DNA of 64,000 bases from Marsupella aquatica (taxonomy: Eukaryota > Plantae > Marchantiophyta): positions 18,914,857-18,978,856 of the forward strand of contig OZ316893.1 in assembly GCA_973895155.1 (NCBI GenBank), given 5' to 3'. The notes under the pieces are model-generated. The model was not told where the DNA came from. It worked only from the letters and a program-made list of their open reading frames with translations, and made no database searches. The first letter of the stretch is position 1. Each line of letters opens with the position of its first letter. The position numbers and the translations under genes are program-made. This document shows positions 61,913 through 64,000 of the stretch, piece by piece.

Positions 61913-62297
61913 CGAAATGGTGTTCCGCGGATATTCATCACTCAATCGCGGAACGGTGTTCCGTAATGCACCACCACCAATCTCCAAGACAATTGACGGA
62001 ACGGTGTTCCGTAAATTGCTTAGTTGCGGGACAGTGTTCCGCAACCCTCCATCACCAATAGCCAAGCTATTTGGCGGAACAGTGTTCCGTGAGTTGCCTA
62101 GTTGCGGGACAGTGTTCCGCAACCAACCCTTCTTCATAACGTAGACGAGACGTGTGCTGGGGCATATCAATCTTCAATATGCATCCACGACGGAACAATG
62201 TTCCGTGGAAGACCAATCTTCCCAAAATTACCACAATGGAACGGTGTTCCGCAATCGATCAATCTCCAATATGCCCCCTCAACGGAATAGTGTTCCG
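61913..62297. repeat. Array of 15-bp palindromic repeats CGGAAC-N3-GTTCCG with variable spacers
   Basis: Copies start at 61913, 61949, 61997, 62027, 62075, 62105, (62146 degenerate), 62191, 62237 and 62283. Confidence 0.9.
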
Positions 62298-62792
62298 TGA
62301 AAGACCTTCACAATCCTGTTGCTGCAAAAACCCCACCGCAACTCCCGAACAAAGCACTGTTCACTAACTTTGTCATTTTCCTTGTGCCATAGGTTGCCGC
62401 CGCACCTCGCCTCTCCGCGGTGCGCTACGTCGCCGCAGGCAATGCAATTCGCCAACATTCAACATCGCTTTCTTCAAAGGAATGCACTGTCCGTCAACAT
62501 CAAACTTGATGAATCTCAATTCCGCAACATACAACTTCAACGATCAACTCCCGATTGGGACCATCCCCGAACCAGAATCACAAACAATCACAAGTCTGAC
62601 CGACTTGCCTTCACAAAACCGCAGCGAATACTCTCAACAATCCGCGCACAATAGTCGACAATAGCTTCCGATCATCGACCGCACACTTTGTCTTCCAAAA
62701 TGCTGCAATGTCGATCGATGTGAACCGCAACTCCAAACGCGCACTCAACAACTCAAAGCTCCACATTCACTAGAGCTTTCTCAACACCAACT

Positions 62793-63265
62793 TGTAACAG
62801 ATCGAGATACCAGCGATCCGTTCAACACCAAAACCCGATCCGAGATACCACGAATCGTCAACAACAACACCACAACAAAATTGAACTTCTATTTGCACAA
62901 TCCGTACATCAGAATTCGAAGCTGATCTTTCAATGTAATCTTCTTCAATAGTGCAAATCGAACAATGATCGGTGCTAATCCAACAATGATCCCATCCGAC
63001 GCGATCACACATGTATGTCAAGCCCAACGCACCTTGTGCTTCAAGGAATCCACGTTACATGCACACAACCTGGTCAGCCATACCATAGCCACCAAGCTCA
63101 TGCTCAAAGGCTCAACATTTAAAGATGAGGCCTTTGAGCCAACACAAGGGGATAACTATCCCTCACACCAACTCAAACTAAACACAGTGCTCATATAGCA
63201 CACATACAAAACCTCTATACCTAGCTAGTACAATATACTTTACTACCACTCTAAATGGTGTGACA
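62793..63265 (-). repeat. Putative 5' LTR of the DNMT-bearing retrotransposon
   Basis: Termini TGTCACA...TGTTACA, followed by a 3-nt gap and a TGG-initiated PBS-like sequence. The second LTR is absent, so the inner boundary is inferred. Confidence 0.6.
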
Positions 63266-64000
63266 TGGCTCGGTGCATTCCCTGGCAAAGTGGCTCGGCT
63301 TCTCACAGTTGTAACAGACCGGGGATCGCCAAATCCCAGGTTTAGGAGGGATGCTCGGGTTACTGATAACCTGGACATTCCTACCATTGTTTGGGTAAGG
63401 GTAGGTCGTTCTACCCATCATGGCAATCTGGTATACAAAATCCATGGAGTCTTTGAAGAAGTACTCGGTGGACTCTGGTTTTGGTTCCGGGCTATCAGCA
63501 TCCTCCAATTCCACCTGATGGACCCTATTCTTCCATCGCGGGCATTCTTGCACCATGTGCCCGGATTGGAAACACTTGGAGCACTATGCGTGTGCTCGGG
63601 TCACAGAAGGTTTCTTTTTCTCCACGGGCTTGTTCGCAAGGTGTATCGATAGTGCTTTGAGATGATCCGTAATTTCATTGAGCTTGTCTGCTTCAGCGGC
63701 CTTCGGATCGGGGATCGCTCGTCGAACACGAGGCTTGACCTTCTCTTCCTTCTTAGCATGGCATTTCTTCTTCTTGCTCCGGCCTTCACTCTCTGAATCA
63801 CTTCCCAAAGAATTGGAAGTAAATGACCCCTTGGTCCAAGCTGAATCCAAACTGGATTCTGCGTCGGAACTAGACGAGGTCGACTGGTGCTTTTTCTTCT
63901 TCTTGCGAGTGGTGGACCTCGCCACCCAACGCCCTCACCAATCCTAGCACTAGCGCCTAAGTGCCCTTGGTGCCCAAACGCCTCCACGGAATACCTCGAG
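63266..64000 (-). pseudogene. Gag C-terminal fragment of another LTR retrotransposon (host of the DNMT element)
   Basis: ORFs 63584-63925 and 63251-63556 are in frame across one TAG. Two CCHC knuckles, CSKCFQSGHMVQEC and CYNCEKPSHFAREC, and a Lys/Ser-rich linker. Confidence 0.75.

Larger units (their letters stand above)
58864..63265 (-). mobile_element. 5' half of an LTR (probably Ty3/Gypsy) retrotransposon carrying a cytosine methyltransferase domain; truncated by the DNA transposon
   Basis: Minus strand reads TGTCACA(63265)...TGTTACA(62793) as a putative 473-bp LTR, then AGT and a PBS-like TGGTGTTGAGAAAGCTCTAG (62789-62770), a leader with a palindrome array, and a gag-protease-DNMT frame. 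Its 5' end interrupts another element's gag right after ECTEP. Confidence 0.78.

Noticed and set aside
61913-62297. True CRISPR array
   Set aside because: Repeats are only 15 bp, spacers vary in length and are partly homologous to each other, there are no cas genes, and the context is a eukaryotic retroelement.
43156-63265. One giant LTR element bounded by the inverted TGTCACACCAT at 43156 and 63265
   Set aside because: Flanks (CTCCT vs TGGCT) are not a TSD, and the 43156 sequence does not match the 62793-63265 LTR. The shared terminus is a common Gypsy end motif.

Overview
Eukaryotic, intron-containing land-plant DNA; gene content and TE types suggest a non-seed plant, possibly a liverwort (inference). 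The left 41 kb is gene space. It holds an intronless PITP gene, a 13-exon ACAD8-like isobutyryl-CoA dehydrogenase, and a 10-exon Zn alcohol dehydrogenase whose 6-kb last intron contains a complete, intronless, antisense peroxisomal long-chain acyl-CoA synthetase. It also holds a 499-aa orphan ORF, a 3-exon UDP-glycosyltransferase, a tRNA-derived SINE and small repeats. The right 21 kb is a nest of decayed mobile elements: an LTR fragment; a ~15-kb TIR DNA transposon with a P-element/THAP9-like DDE transposase, interrupted by a 3.84-kb TG...CA element (5-bp TSD) that looks like a protein-coding solo LTR; and a minus-strand LTR retrotransposon inserted in the gag of another element. That retrotransposon is the most striking object. 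Its single polyprotein frame reads Gag - 2 zinc knuckles - aspartic protease - start of a C5 cytosine DNA methyltransferase (DNMT3-like motif I), and its leader carries an array of about 10 palindromic CGGAAC-N3-GTTCCG repeats separated by variable spacers. All calls come from reading the sequence by eye; no searches were run.
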